Of a DNA stretch of 25,025 bases, positions 1 through 13,300 are shown in pieces. This stretch comes from an uncultured Planctomycetaceae bacterium. Its GTDB lineage: Bacteria > Planctomycetota > Planctomycetia > Pirellulales > Thermoguttaceae. The notes under the pieces are model-generated. The model searched no databases and had not been told where the DNA came from. It was given only the letters and a program-made list of their open reading frames with translations. The position numbers and the translations under genes were made by a program. Position 1 is the first letter of the stretch. The number at the start of each line of letters is the position of its first letter. The stretch lies in the NCBI GenBank assembly GCA_964479655.1, contig CAYZMZ010000005.1, positions 1-25,025 on the forward strand. Direction: 5' to 3'.

Positions 1-134
1 ATGTACTCTACCGGTAAATCTTGAATAAACCGATAATCCGGAAAACAGCAGTCAAACCAATATTTACGGAACTGACCAATTAGACATGAACGTAAGTTCA
101 GTACAATTGCAAGCCCGTTTCATTTGATATTTTT

Positions 135-1025
135 TTATAAGGTTTTATCGACGACTAATTCATGAATCATGCCGTTGATGCCTTCGTCTGTCGGTTCGAT
201 ATTAACGAATCCGTCTTTGGTAAGAACGATTGACAGAACTTTGAAGACTTTGGTCGGAGAACCAGCCAAGCCGCAACGATTCAAATCAGCGTTTATATTA
301 TCCAGATTCCACTGTTCGAGCAAAAGCCCCTTGTCCTGAAGCGTCTTTTGCTGTTCGGTGGTATCTTCCTGCTGACCGGGTGTACCTAATTCTCCCGGAA
401 CGCGCGCGAAACGGTATTTTAACGTTTTGCAAGCCGAAAGAGGACGGGGTTGATTGGCGGTATCCAAAACCGTAATTAGGCACGGTAACTGGCTTTTAAC
501 AACTTCCCAGCCAGAACCGGTATTACGCCGAACGGTAATAGAATTGCCGTCGCCCTCTATTACCTGTTCCAGATACGTAATTTGGGGAATACCGAGTTTT
601 TCCGCAATTTGCGGTCCTGTTTGAGCGGTATCGCCGTCAATCGCCTGACGTCCGCATAAAACAATATCGAATTTTCCCACGGTTTTTACCGCTTGGGACA
701 GAATATAGCTTGTTGCCAAAGTATCGGAAGCGGCGGCGCGGCGGTCGGTAAGCAAAATGACCCGGTCGGCTCCCCTGTATAAGCAATCGCGCAGAACGTT
801 TGCGGCTTTGGGTGGTCCCATGGTAACGCATGTTACTGTACCGCCGAAACGGTCTTTCAATTCCAGCGCAGTTTCCAACGCGTGGAGGTCTTCGGGATTA
901 AAAATTGCGGGCAACGCCATGCGGTTGACCGTACCCTCAGGGGTCATCGCCTCGGAGGTGATGTTCGCCGTATCGGGAACCTGTTTTACACATACTACAA
1001 TGTCGTAAGGCACTGAACTCTCCAT
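135..1025 (-). CDS. etfB: Electron transfer flavoprotein beta subunit (EtfB/FixA family)
   Basis: N-terminal IVVCVKQVPDT, RMALPAIFNPEDLHALETAL, VTMGPP, ASDTLATSYIL, CGRQAIDGDTAQTGPQIAEKL and C-terminal GSPTKV are EtfB hallmarks. Confidence 0.95.
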   Translation of the reverse strand: MESSVPYDIVVCVKQVPDTANITSEAMTPEGTVNRMALPAIFNPEDLHALETALELKDRFGGTVTCVTMGPPKAANVLRDCLYRGADRVILLTDRRAAASDTLATSYILSQAVKTVGKFDIVLCGRQAIDGDTAQTGPQIAEKLGIPQITYLEQVIEGDGNSITVRRNTGSGWEVVKSQLPCLITVLDTANQPRPLSACKTLKYRFARVPGELGTPGQQEDTTEQQKTLQDKGLLLEQWNLDNINADLNRCGLAGSPTKVFKVLSIVLTKDGFVNIEPTDEGINGMIHELVVDKTL

Positions 1026-1118
1026 TTAATTAATTGATTATAGAAGAAATCAGATAGCCGGCAACGGATAACCGGTAACTGACAACTAATCTGGAAGGCA
1101 GGAATCAATCATTGGACT

Positions 1119-1267
1119 TATAAACTGCTACCACTTGAGTTTTTCCGGTTTATATTATCATAAACCAGTCGTTTCATTTCGCCCTGATCGTCAAAACTAG
1201 GATTTAACTCAACTTATTGGCGAAATCAAAACGACGTCAAGAGGAAAATTCAAGTAGTCATAGTATA
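1119..1267 (+). repeat. Dispersed ~150-bp palindromic element (MITE-like), copy 1
   Basis: CCACTTGAGTTTTTCC...GTCGTTTCATTTCGCC...GGCGAAATCAAAACGAC...GGAAAATTCAAGTAGTCATAGTATA; nested inverted repeats shared with the other copies. Confidence 0.92.
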
Positions 1268-1392
1268 AACAGATGCTTCGAGAAAACTCGAGTTGAATCT
1301 ATATATAATCCGTATAATCTGATTGCTACTCTTCCCTTTAAAGTCAAGTTTAGAATGTTTGCCATTTTTTGTCAAGGGCAATTTGGGTAATT

Positions 1393-1540
1393 TGTACTAT
1401 GATTACGCAATTTTTCCATCTACGTTGTTTTGATTTTACCCATTAAGCCCAATAAAAGGATTCCAAACTCTGTTTTACCGATCTGGACGCCTTGAAACGT
1501 CTTGAACAGTGGCATACAATCCGGAAATCTTCAAGAAACC
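1393..1540 (-). repeat. Dispersed element, degenerate copy 2
   Basis: TGTACTATGATTACGCAATTTTTCCATCTACGTTGTTTTGATTTTACC matches the reverse-orientation start TATACTATGACTACTTGATTTTTCC...GTCGTTTTGATTTCGCC; the other end ATACAATCCGGAAATCTTCAAG resembles ATATAAACCGGAAAAACTCAAG. Confidence 0.65.
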
Positions 1541-1824
1541 TCTTCTAAAATCCCGACAACCGATTTAGTATACAGCCCCCGTTCGCAAGAATTTTCAGAG
1601 AACGCGAAAGAAAGTACTCAACGACTTATAAATTAGACGGTTACATCAAAAACGAAAATAAATGTAGTCTGTTTAAAATAAAAAATACACCCGAATAGGG
1701 CATAGCCCCACAATGGCCGAAAAGCATTATATCCGGTACGACGAAACAGATATGGAGGCGGGAATAAATCTTGTTTTAACGTCAAGAAAGGCGGAGCCTG
1801 TAAAACAAGGGGAATCCGAAAACG

Positions 1825-1914
1825 TTTCGGGCACAAACATTTTAGAGGTATTAGAAAATACTCTAGCAGGCAAGGACGAAACGGGTATTTTTCAGGGCAC
1901 AATTTCGGGCACGC
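1825..1914 (+). repeat. Three short direct repeats, putative integrase arm-type sites
   Basis: TTTCGGGCACAA (1825-1836), TTCAGGGCACAA (1891-1902), TTTCGGGCACGC (1903-1914), about 110-200 bp beyond the tRNA-Arg 3' end. Confidence 0.55.
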
Positions 1915-1983
1915 AGGCGGTTGAAATAAATTGCAAGGAAAAACAGAAAGAATTGAATGAGCCTAGAAAACAGGGCATATTGC

Positions 1984-2023
1984 AAAAGAAAAGCCCTGCT
2001 TGCAACTCACTGCAAACAGGGCT
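1984..2023 (-). terminator. Intrinsic terminator after tRNA-Arg
   Basis: Minus strand reads AGCCCTGTTTGCA-GTGAGT-TGCAAGCAGGGCT followed by TTTCTTTT. Confidence 0.75.
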
Positions 2024-2025
2024 GA

Positions 2026-2099
<74 letters not shown>

Positions 2100-2274
2100 A
2101 TTCAATTCAAGATTCTTCATTCAAAGAACGCCTTGAATAATTACAATAATATAGTCTTTTGGACTAATCTTTCAAGGGGGGGAGAGAAATTATTTTGGTT
2201 TTATTCGCTTAAAGCATACATAAAAGCTCTATCGGCGGGGGCGATTCACGGTTCAAGCAGAAGAAAAAATCAAA

Positions 2275-2422
2275 TATACTGGTTCCATTTGAAATTTTCC
2301 GGCTTATATTATCATAAATCCATCGTTTCATTTCGCCCTAATCCGTAAAATAAGGAGCTTTTATTCCTTCAGGGGCGAAACCAAAACGCAGTCGACAGGA
2401 AAAATCACGCAGTCATGGTATA
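2275..2422 (+). repeat. Dispersed element, copy 3
   Basis: TATACTGGTTCCATTTGAAATTTTCC...TCGTTTCATTTCGCC...GGCGAAACCAAAACG...GGAAAAATCACGCAGTCATGGTATA. Confidence 0.9.
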
Positions 2423-2583
2423 AAACCTCAAAGCACGTCGGCAAGATATTCGTAATTGTCGGTAAAACCGTTGAAAATACAAATTCCAGGAATTATCGAC
2501 AAAAATAATCCCCCTCTCTAAATATCGCAAAAAACGATATTCAAAGAAGGGGATTACTACTGTTTCAACTGAACAAAATATTA

Positions 2584-6435
<3,852 letters not shown>

Positions 6436-6590
6436 CTAAAAAATGTTTTTTTAATAGGGGGTAGGAAAAACAGGAAACGGAATAACGATATTTTCCGCTT
6501 GCAACCGGCGGGCAGAACGAGACAATCGACCTCCCCCAAATCCCGCCGCTTCAGTGGAGGGAACAGAAGCCCACCTATCTTGCTCCCTGT

Positions 6591-6703
6591 CCGTAGCTTA
6601 CGATGGCGGAGAAACATGGTATGTGTTTGTACCGTCCCTGGACTAAAGTCCGGGGTTATGGAGAAATCCGTCCCCCTTCCATAACCCGTAGCCTACGATA
6701 GCG
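6591..6703. repeat. REP-like hairpin cluster bounded by 19-bp imperfect direct repeats
   Basis: CCGTAGCTTACGATGGCGG (6591-6609) and CCGTAGCCTACGATAGCGG (6685-6703) flank the hairpins CCCTGGACT-AA-AGTCCGGGG and GGGTTATGGA...TCCATAACCC. Confidence 0.5.
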
Positions 6704-6727
6704 GTCTTAGGAGGATTTTCGGTTATT

Positions 6728-6875
6728 TATACTATGACTACTTGATTTTTCCGATCGACGTCGTTTTGATTTCGCCCAATAAGTTGAGCTAAATCCTTGT
6801 TTTGCTGATCAGGGCGAAATGAAACGACTGGTTTATGAAAATATAAACCGGAAAAACTCAAGTGGAACCAGTATA
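6728..6875 (-). repeat. Dispersed element, copy 4
   Basis: TATACTATGACTACTTGATTTTTCC...GGAAAAACTCAAGTGGAACCAGTATA; about 10 differences from the reverse complement of copy 1 by manual alignment. Confidence 0.95.
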
Positions 6876-6987
6876 CTCCACAAAACGTCTCAAATTCAGT
6901 ACTCTGAATTGATGCGGCACTCAAATTATCTCTCACAAATCTCCTGCGTTGTTCGTTCCGGGTTGACTACCCTTTTATAATAACTAC

Positions 6988-7114
6988 GTAGCTTATCCGG
7001 TGCGGAAAAACGAACAACGGATTTATGGTTCGCTGAATCCGAGAGGCTGGGAAAATCGTTCGCAAGGCTGCGTTTCCTGTTTCAGAAAACGCAACCCCGC
7101 ACCGGACAGGCTGC
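6988..7114 (+). ncRNA. Candidate structured small RNA or leader (family unknown)
   Basis: 18-bp closing stem GTAGCTTATCCGGTGCGG / CCGCACCGGACAGGCTGC, two internal hairpins (7018-7041, 7069-7093), and TATAAT at 6976-6981 just upstream. Confidence 0.4.
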
Positions 7115-7210
7115 TCCATATACTATTGTGTCGTTATCGGATTCCGCGAAGTACTTCACGGAGTTCTGTCAACTTCAAATTCATCTCGTACCTGTCAAGG
7201 AGATTATATA

Positions 7211-7432
7211 ATGAGCTGTGCTGTCGTTTCCTCGTCCATAAAAAATCAGGTTGAAACCGTGCTCTGTGCCAGCAACTATTTTCCAACCCGAATCCGTTGT
7301 ATTCAAGCCGAACAGGGAAAAATAATTCTCCAAGGCAACGTTCAGTCTTATTTCCAAAAACAACGAGCGCAGGAAATGATCCGAAAGCTGGATTGCGTGG
7401 AAAAAATTATGAACGAACTGGAAGTAATATAA
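7211..7432 (+). CDS. Small BON-domain protein
   Basis: 73 aa; IILQGNVQSYFQKQRAQEMIRKLDCVEKIMNELEV matches the BON-domain pattern. Confidence 0.75.
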   Translation: MSCAVVSSSIKNQVETVLCASNYFPTRIRCIQAEQGKIILQGNVQSYFQKQRAQEMIRKLDCVEKIMNELEVI

Positions 7433-7466
7433 ATACGAACACTAAACACGACTCCGGCAATTCATT

Positions 7467-7618
7467 TATCCAGATTCCACTTGATTTTTTTCGGCTTGCA
7501 TAACAAAGCGCAGTCATTTCATTTCGCCCGCCATCGATAAAACAAAGGGTTGTTTGATTCGAGGGGGGGGCGAAAATCAAAACGACATCAAGAGGAAAAA
7601 TCACTCAATGACGCTATA
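7467..7618 (+). repeat. Dispersed element, copy 5
   Basis: GATTCCACTTGATTTTTTTCGG...TTTCATTTCGCC...ATCGATAAAACAAAGGGTTGTTTGAT...GGCGAAAATCAAAACGACATCAAGAGGAAAAATCA; lies between convergent genes. Confidence 0.88.
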
Positions 7619-7662
7619 AAACGACAAAGCGGATGGACGGTAGGTGAATTGCGATTCGTGTT

Positions 7663-8076
7663 TTACAGTATATTTCCGCCTAAAACGTATCCGTTGCCCT
7701 GGAATTGAGCAATCAAATTACCGTCGTCGTCGGTAACTTTAACCTCGACGGTTGAGAGTTTTCGGGTACGGCAGATTTCCTTCGCAACGGCGGTAAGAGT
7801 ACCGGTTCGGGTCGCTTTGAAATAATTTATGTACGAACTGGTTCCAACGACTTTTTCGTTTCCAGCGTTTGAGGCAACCGCAAAGGCAAAATCAGCCAGC
7901 GTGTAAATCGCTCCGCCCTGGGTAATCCCGACGGCGTTATGATGATGCGGCGTAATTTCCATTTGAATTTTTGCGTAGCCCGTCCGCGCGTCTACAATTC
8001 GGCAGCCGTTCTCAACCGCATACCTATCGGCTTGAAAAAACGTTTGCCAGGCTTCCACCGGTTTTTCTTCAGACAT
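7663..8076 (-). CDS. PaaI-family hotdog-fold thioesterase
   Basis: HHNAVGITQGGAIYTLADFAFAVASN motif; start placed at ATG 8076 (MSEEKP). Confidence 0.88.
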   Translation of the reverse strand: MSEEKPVEAWQTFFQADRYAVENGCRIVDARTGYAKIQMEITPHHHNAVGITQGGAIYTLADFAFAVASNAGNEKVVGTSSYINYFKATRTGTLTAVAKEICRTRKLSTVEVKVTDDDGNLIAQFQGNGYVLGGNIL

Positions 8077-8212
8077 GATATAAATAATTTGTATTTCTAA
8101 AAATTTGTACATTCCCCGGAATTTACAGAACATAACGTTTTTCTCAATTAATCAATTCTAAATTCTCAATTAATTCAGGAAGACGCTATATTTATAATTG
8201 GGGGAGGGGAAT

Positions 8213-8362
8213 TATACTATGACTACTTGATTTTTTCTCTTAACATCGTTTTGATTTCGCCTAAGCATAATAAAACAACCTTTTGTTTTATTGATTGGAG
8301 CGAAATGAAACGACTGCCGTTTGTTATGCAAACCGAAAAAAGTCAAGTGGAACCAGAGTATA
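8213..8362 (-). repeat. Dispersed element, copy 6
   Basis: TATACTATGACTACTTGATTTTTTC...ATAAAACAACCTTTTGTTTTAT...GCGAAATGAAACGAC...GAAAAAAGTCAAGTGGAACCAGAGTATA; starts just after the gltX stop. Confidence 0.93.
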
Positions 8363-8374
8363 AAGGAACGAAAA

Positions 8375-9928
8375 CTATAACTTCAAGGCGTTGTCGATTC
8401 GGTCAAGGGTTTTCTGCTTACCGAGAATTTCGAGAGCCTCAAACATGCCGATTCCAACGCCTTTTCCGGTCGCGGCGACACGCAAAGCGTGAATAATATC
8501 GCCGATACCGATTCCGTTGGATTCCAGCCATTGTTTCATGGATTCTTCTAAAACAGCCGCCTGCCAAACCGGTGCGGGAGCTAAAACGTCGTCTCGGAAT
8601 CGCTTTAGCAGAGCTTGGGCGCCTTCTTTTTTCAAACGCTTGTCTACATCTTTTTGAACGTAAACCAATTTATCGTCAGCCAGGAAAAATTCATCGAAAT
8701 TGAGAATATCGCCCGCCACCTTGATTCGTTCGCAGGCTCCTTTGACAACCTTTTCGACCAACGCTTTTCCGGCGTCGTCGTTGGCAACCCAGCCGGCGCG
8801 AACGACAAACGGCAAGCAGAGTTGCGTTTTTTCGTCTGGTGTTTTTTTATCCATATAACGATGTTCAAAGGACAGTAATTTTGCGCAGTCGAAACTGGCG
8901 GCGCCTTTAACAACGCGGTCTAAAGTAAAGCTGGACACCAGTTCATCAGGTGTAAATATTTCAGTATGATCATCCAGCGACCAGCCCAGCAACGCCAGGT
9001 AGTTTACAATCGCCTCGGGAAGGTATCCTAGCTGCTCAAAGAAATCGGTAATAACCGGATTAAAGGTTTCCAAAGACGCCTGCAGACCCATTTTTTGCGC
9101 GATCAGCAAGCCGTGATTGACCAATCCGGAAAAGTCCTTGTTTTTCATGTATTTATCCAGCTTTCGCTTGGAGAGCTTGGTTTTACTGCCCGGCTCGGCA
9201 ACAAAGGGCAGATGAGCGTACTGCGGGCGTTCCCAGCCCAACGCGTCGATCATAAATACCTGTCGAGGCGTATTGGACAAATGTTCTTCCGCCCGGATAA
9301 CATGGGTGATTTCAAAATCGTGATCGTCAACGATATTAGCCAGATGATAAATAAAAGAACCGTCTGCCCGCTGAATTACGTGATCCTGCTCCTGCGCCCA
9401 GTCAAATTCGACGTGTCCGCGAATTAAATCGTCTAATTCCAATTTGCCTTCACGCGGGATTTTCAATCGGACGACCCCTGACCGTCCCTCGGACTTAAAC
9501 TGCGCCTCTTTTTCAGGTGTATCAGCCATCCATTGACGATTATAAACAAATGTTTCCTTCTTCGCCTGAGCCGCTTCCCGCTGCGCCTGCAATTCCTCGG
9601 TTTTCGCGTAATCCTTATAGGCAAAGCCCGTCGCCAGCAACTGGTCTACAATCGCCTGATATTTATCGCTTCTTTGGGATTGATAATACGGAGCGTGCGG
9701 TCCGCCGACCCCCGGTCCCTCATCCCAGTTAATTCCTAGCCATTGCAAGCCATGGAGAATCGGAGCCAACGCCTCTTCTACGTTGCGTTGCTGATCCGTG
9801 TCGTCGATTCGGAGAATGAACTGTCCCCCGTTATGACGGGCGAAAAGCCAGTTAAATAAAGCGGTACGAACGCCTCCAATATGAAGGTAGCCTGTTGGGC
9901 TGGGAGCAAATCGGGTACGAACGGTCAT
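8375..9928 (-). CDS. gltX: Glutamate--tRNA ligase
   Basis: VRTRFAPSPTGYLHIGG (HIGH motif), LRIDDTD, IRAEEHLSNTPRQ, KLSKR (KMSKS motif) and an anticodon-binding C-terminus. Confidence 0.97.
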   Translation of the reverse strand: MTVRTRFAPSPTGYLHIGGVRTALFNWLFARHNGGQFILRIDDTDQQRNVEEALAPILHGLQWLGINWDEGPGVGGPHAPYYQSQRSDKYQAIVDQLLATGFAYKDYAKTEELQAQREAAQAKKETFVYNRQWMADTPEKEAQFKSEGRSGVVRLKIPREGKLELDDLIRGHVEFDWAQEQDHVIQRADGSFIYHLANIVDDHDFEITHVIRAEEHLSNTPRQVFMIDALGWERPQYAHLPFVAEPGSKTKLSKRKLDKYMKNKDFSGLVNHGLLIAQKMGLQASLETFNPVITDFFEQLGYLPEAIVNYLALLGWSLDDHTEIFTPDELVSSFTLDRVVKGAASFDCAKLLSFEHRYMDKKTPDEKTQLCLPFVVRAGWVANDDAGKALVEKVVKGACERIKVAGDILNFDEFFLADDKLVYVQKDVDKRLKKEGAQALLKRFRDDVLAPAPVWQAAVLEESMKQWLESNGIGIGDIIHALRVAATGKGVGIGMFEALEILGKQKTLDRIDNALKL

Positions 9929-10038
9929 AATAATATATATTGGGTTAAAGTTGTCAGTAAACTGAAATAATACGACTCCATTGATTTCTCTGGAAATTTC
10001 CCGGTTTACATCGCAATAAATTATATTGCAATAACCCC

Positions 10039-10082
10039 GCTGTTTTGCGGTAATACAAGCCGGAAAAATTCAAGTGGAACTA
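10039..10082 (-). repeat. Dispersed element, partial copy 7 (left end only)
   Basis: Minus strand TAGTTCCACTTGAATTTTTCCGGCTTGTATTACCGCAAAACAGC closely matches the left end of copy 11. Confidence 0.8.
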
Positions 10083-10087
10083 ATTTA

Positions 10088-10115
10088 ATTCTATAGAAAT
10101 ATAGAAATCCGGCAA
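10088..10115 (-). promoter_or_regulatory. Putative sigma70 promoter for gltX
   Basis: Minus strand TTGCCG-16 nt-TAGAAT, upstream of gltX. Confidence 0.4.
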
Positions 10116-10195
10116 GGAGTAGCCTGAAAATCAACGCAAAAGTCCTCTTCTTCTGCTCTTTTTGAGAAATTCTTTCTCACAGACACAAAAAACGA

Positions 10196-10224
10196 TTGAC
10201 AAACGCTAGGCAAGAGCTTATAAT
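10196..10224 (+). promoter_or_regulatory. Consensus sigma70 promoter for the large hydrolase gene
   Basis: Perfect TTGACA (10196-10201), 17 nt, TATAAT (10219-10224), about 130 bp upstream of the start. Confidence 0.8.
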
Positions 10225-10354
10225 TGGGAAATATCGAAAAATGAAATCCGCGGAAACGGCACGCTTTGCTACGCTGATTTTAGATAAACGATAATCCTGC
10301 CTTTCCCATACAATCCCTCCTAGCCTTTCCTCCAACGTTATTTTGACGCTTAAA

Positions 10355-13300
10355 ATGAATACATCACGTTTTATCAGTCTCCTAAGAATCGTGTGTTTTG
10401 TTACTATCGGAATTATTGTCTGTCTGCTGTTAAATGTGAGTCAAATGACTCTGGCACAAAACATTCAATCTGAATTGAATCGATCGGCTGACAATTCCGT
10501 TTCGTTTCGATGTCAGACTTTTTCGGTAACCTTTACCGTCGGCGAAGCGAATATTACCTCGGTCAATACGACTGCCACGGATTCTCCGCTATACAAAAGT
10601 TCTGGCGGATTCTTTGTAGAAACAAGCCAATCAAAAATCCCCCTTGTCTGCCTTACAGGTACGTCAGACAGCCTGGTATTCGCCTCGCAGGACGGGAGCT
10701 ACCGCGTTGAGATAAATGTTGCGGCAGGAGAAAAATACCTTGCATTTCGATTGATTAGTCTGCACGGATTTGAGAATCGGTCTGATCGCGTGGTTCTTGC
10801 CTTTGACTTGCCGTATCCGCGTCAGGGATTTTCCGCATGGGGTTTGGACTACATGACGGAAGTTTTCAACGATCATCGAACGCTGGTTAGCTGGCCTGCT
10901 ATTTCCTGCTTGAAAACGCAGTCCGCAAATCAAGCGGGCGTTTCAGACCCGTTGGGGGCTTTTGCGCTCTTTCGCGCTGATAATCCAGACGAAGCGGATC
11001 AGATCATGCTTCATATTTGGGGAGAACAGGAAACCCGTTTTCCGAAAACCGCAGACGGAAAATGGTCTTACGATCAGGCGAAAGAATGGCTTGACCGCTG
11101 GCAAAAGACCTTTTCCGACCGATCGCGTGGAAATATTTCTGTCGATAATTTCAAGGCTCCCGGAGCAATCGACGCACTTAAAAAAATGGTCGATCGGATG
11201 AAAGAGGCGGATATTCGCCAAATTTATCTCTTTACCGACGTCTGGCGGGAAGGATTCTGGCAGTCCAAAGCCCTCAACTGGGGCGTCAATACAGACCTTT
11301 TCAAAAACGGAGAGCCGGATTTTCAAGATTTCGCTCGATACGTCCGCAGCAAGGGACTTTTGCTGACAACGCATTATCTCAGCGGAACAATCGGATTCCA
11401 TGACCCCCGATACGTCGAAAATTCTGCCGATTCCCGCTTAGCGTTTTGGGTTGAAGGAACGCTTCGCGGCGAGCTAACCGAAAACGATTCAACCGCGTTC
11501 CAATTTCGTCCCGATGAATCATTCCGCCCTGCCCTGATTCCGGAATCCTTATCCAACGACCAGCCTAAATCGATGGGATACTATACGAACGTTCCCGGAT
11601 TCTTTCACGGCAATCATTTTCGTATCGGCGGGGAAATCGTAACCGTTAAGTCGATTCAAAAACAACCCTCCGGCGACTGGCTGGTTCAAATCGAAAGCCG
11701 GAATCGAAACGCCGCTACAGAACGAACGCACAAAAACGGAACCAGCGTAGCGGGGCTTTTTGTGCCCTACGGCTGCGCTTACGTGCCGGACAATGCCTCT
11801 TCAATGCTCGATGAAATTGCGCGGGAATACGCGAATTTCGTCAATCGAAACCAAATTTCCCATATAGAATACGATGGATTGGAAATCGACTGTTACGAAC
11901 TGCCGGGATACCGTTACGGCTGGAATAAGTTTTCCGCCTTGATTTATAAACATCTGGATCACCCGATTACTACCGGGGGAAGTGCAGGCGTTCCTGCCCA
12001 AGCCAGCCTTGAATACCGATTTAACTCAACCAAACGAATGATAACCGAATCGATCGGAGATCATAACGACGGAAAAGCCTCAATCGTTCTGGAATCTCTC
12101 GCCCGACCTGCAACAAACTTACTCGACGCAAACTTTATGCTCTCCCAGATGGCGGCGCGCGTGGCCTGTAATTTTAGTATTCTTAAACCAGAACCGATGT
12201 TCGGATTAACCCCAGATACACTTCAACAGCATGGACAAACAAATCAAACCATTGCTCTGCTTTCTCAATGGAAACGCTGTAGCGCGCTGCTGTCCGATTC
12301 TCAGCGGCAAACGCTTCGCGATTCGTTCAATCACAACGCCGCAAACTACCCCAACCCCCTCCGGCATTGGGCGTCCGACACGGTTTACGTTCTGACCGAA
12401 AATCCCGACGCATTCACCCTAACCCCGACAACGGTTCTTACGCGCGAAAAAGGCGATACCCTCTGGACGCTCGCTCAAGAACACGGTCCCGTTTCACCCC
12501 GCCAGTACGTTCAGAAAAATCAGACCGTAACGCTTATCAATAAACAATCCGCCCAACAACCCTCGATTTACCTCCGCGTTCTGCCCCAAACAGACCCCGA
12601 CAGTCCCGAAAACTACCGGGTTCAGCCGACCGTCGAACAATTAAAATTCGACTACCCCAATATCAATCCAGATGAACAAACGGAATACTCGCAAGCGGGA
12701 AACGCCCTTCGTTTGAAAACATCGAATCCGACGGATAAAAAGCGCGTCAATATCACTCATCACGCCAGCTGGACAATGCCGCAGCGGGATTTATCGAACC
12801 ATCGGGCCGTCGGAATGACGATTACAGGCGACGGAACCGGTGCGGTGCTCGTCTTCCAATGCCGCGGCATGGATTATATCGTTCCAATCGATTTTACCGG
12901 GAAAAAGTACGTCGAAATTCCGCTGCCTCAAGCCGCCTGGTTTACTTCCGACTGGAGCTATCGGATGGATACGAAAAAACCCGATTTCCAAAACATAGGA
13001 CGATTTTCACTCGGTTTCGGAACCGTCCCGCCCAAAACCCAGACGGAGATTTTGGTCGAAGATATTCGTTTTCTCAAACAGCAAAACGCGGAACTGGTCA
13101 ATCCTGAAATCCGGCTCGACGAAAACTCCGCCCTCCGAATACAGGGCACTCTGCGTACAGGTGAACAACTGGTTTTCGATACCAGCCAATCCCCCGCCAA
13201 CAGCGTCTCCGTTTACGACGGGAACTGGAATCGGCTCCGAACAATCCCCGCCGAAATCGTCGGCTCCTTCCTCGCTCCGCAAAATCAACCCGTCTGCATT

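Noticed and set aside
1-134. Start of etfA directly after etfB
   Set aside because: The only ATG-started frame (MKRACNCTELTFMSNWSVP) stops after 19 codons and nothing resembles EtfA; it may start outside the window.
1131-1165. Internal sigma70 promoter in the repeat (TTGAGT...TATCAT)
   Set aside because: Spacing is 15 nt in copies 1 and 3 and 18 nt in copy 8, and the -10 is absent from the other spacer types.
6893-6910. Palindromes AATTCAG-TACT-CTGAATT and GAAGTACTTC (~7148-7157) as operators
   Set aside because: Single short palindromes with no identifiable regulator; cannot be told from chance.
8141-8176. AT-rich ~7-bp tandem repeat (TTCTCAA TTAATCAA TTCTAAA TTCTCAA TTAATTC)
   Set aside because: Short, degenerate and low complexity; no function can be supported.
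9929-10080. T-box or other riboswitch upstream of gltX
   Set aside because: No T-box sequence or terminator/antiterminator pair is visible; the structured part is a fragment of the dispersed repeat.
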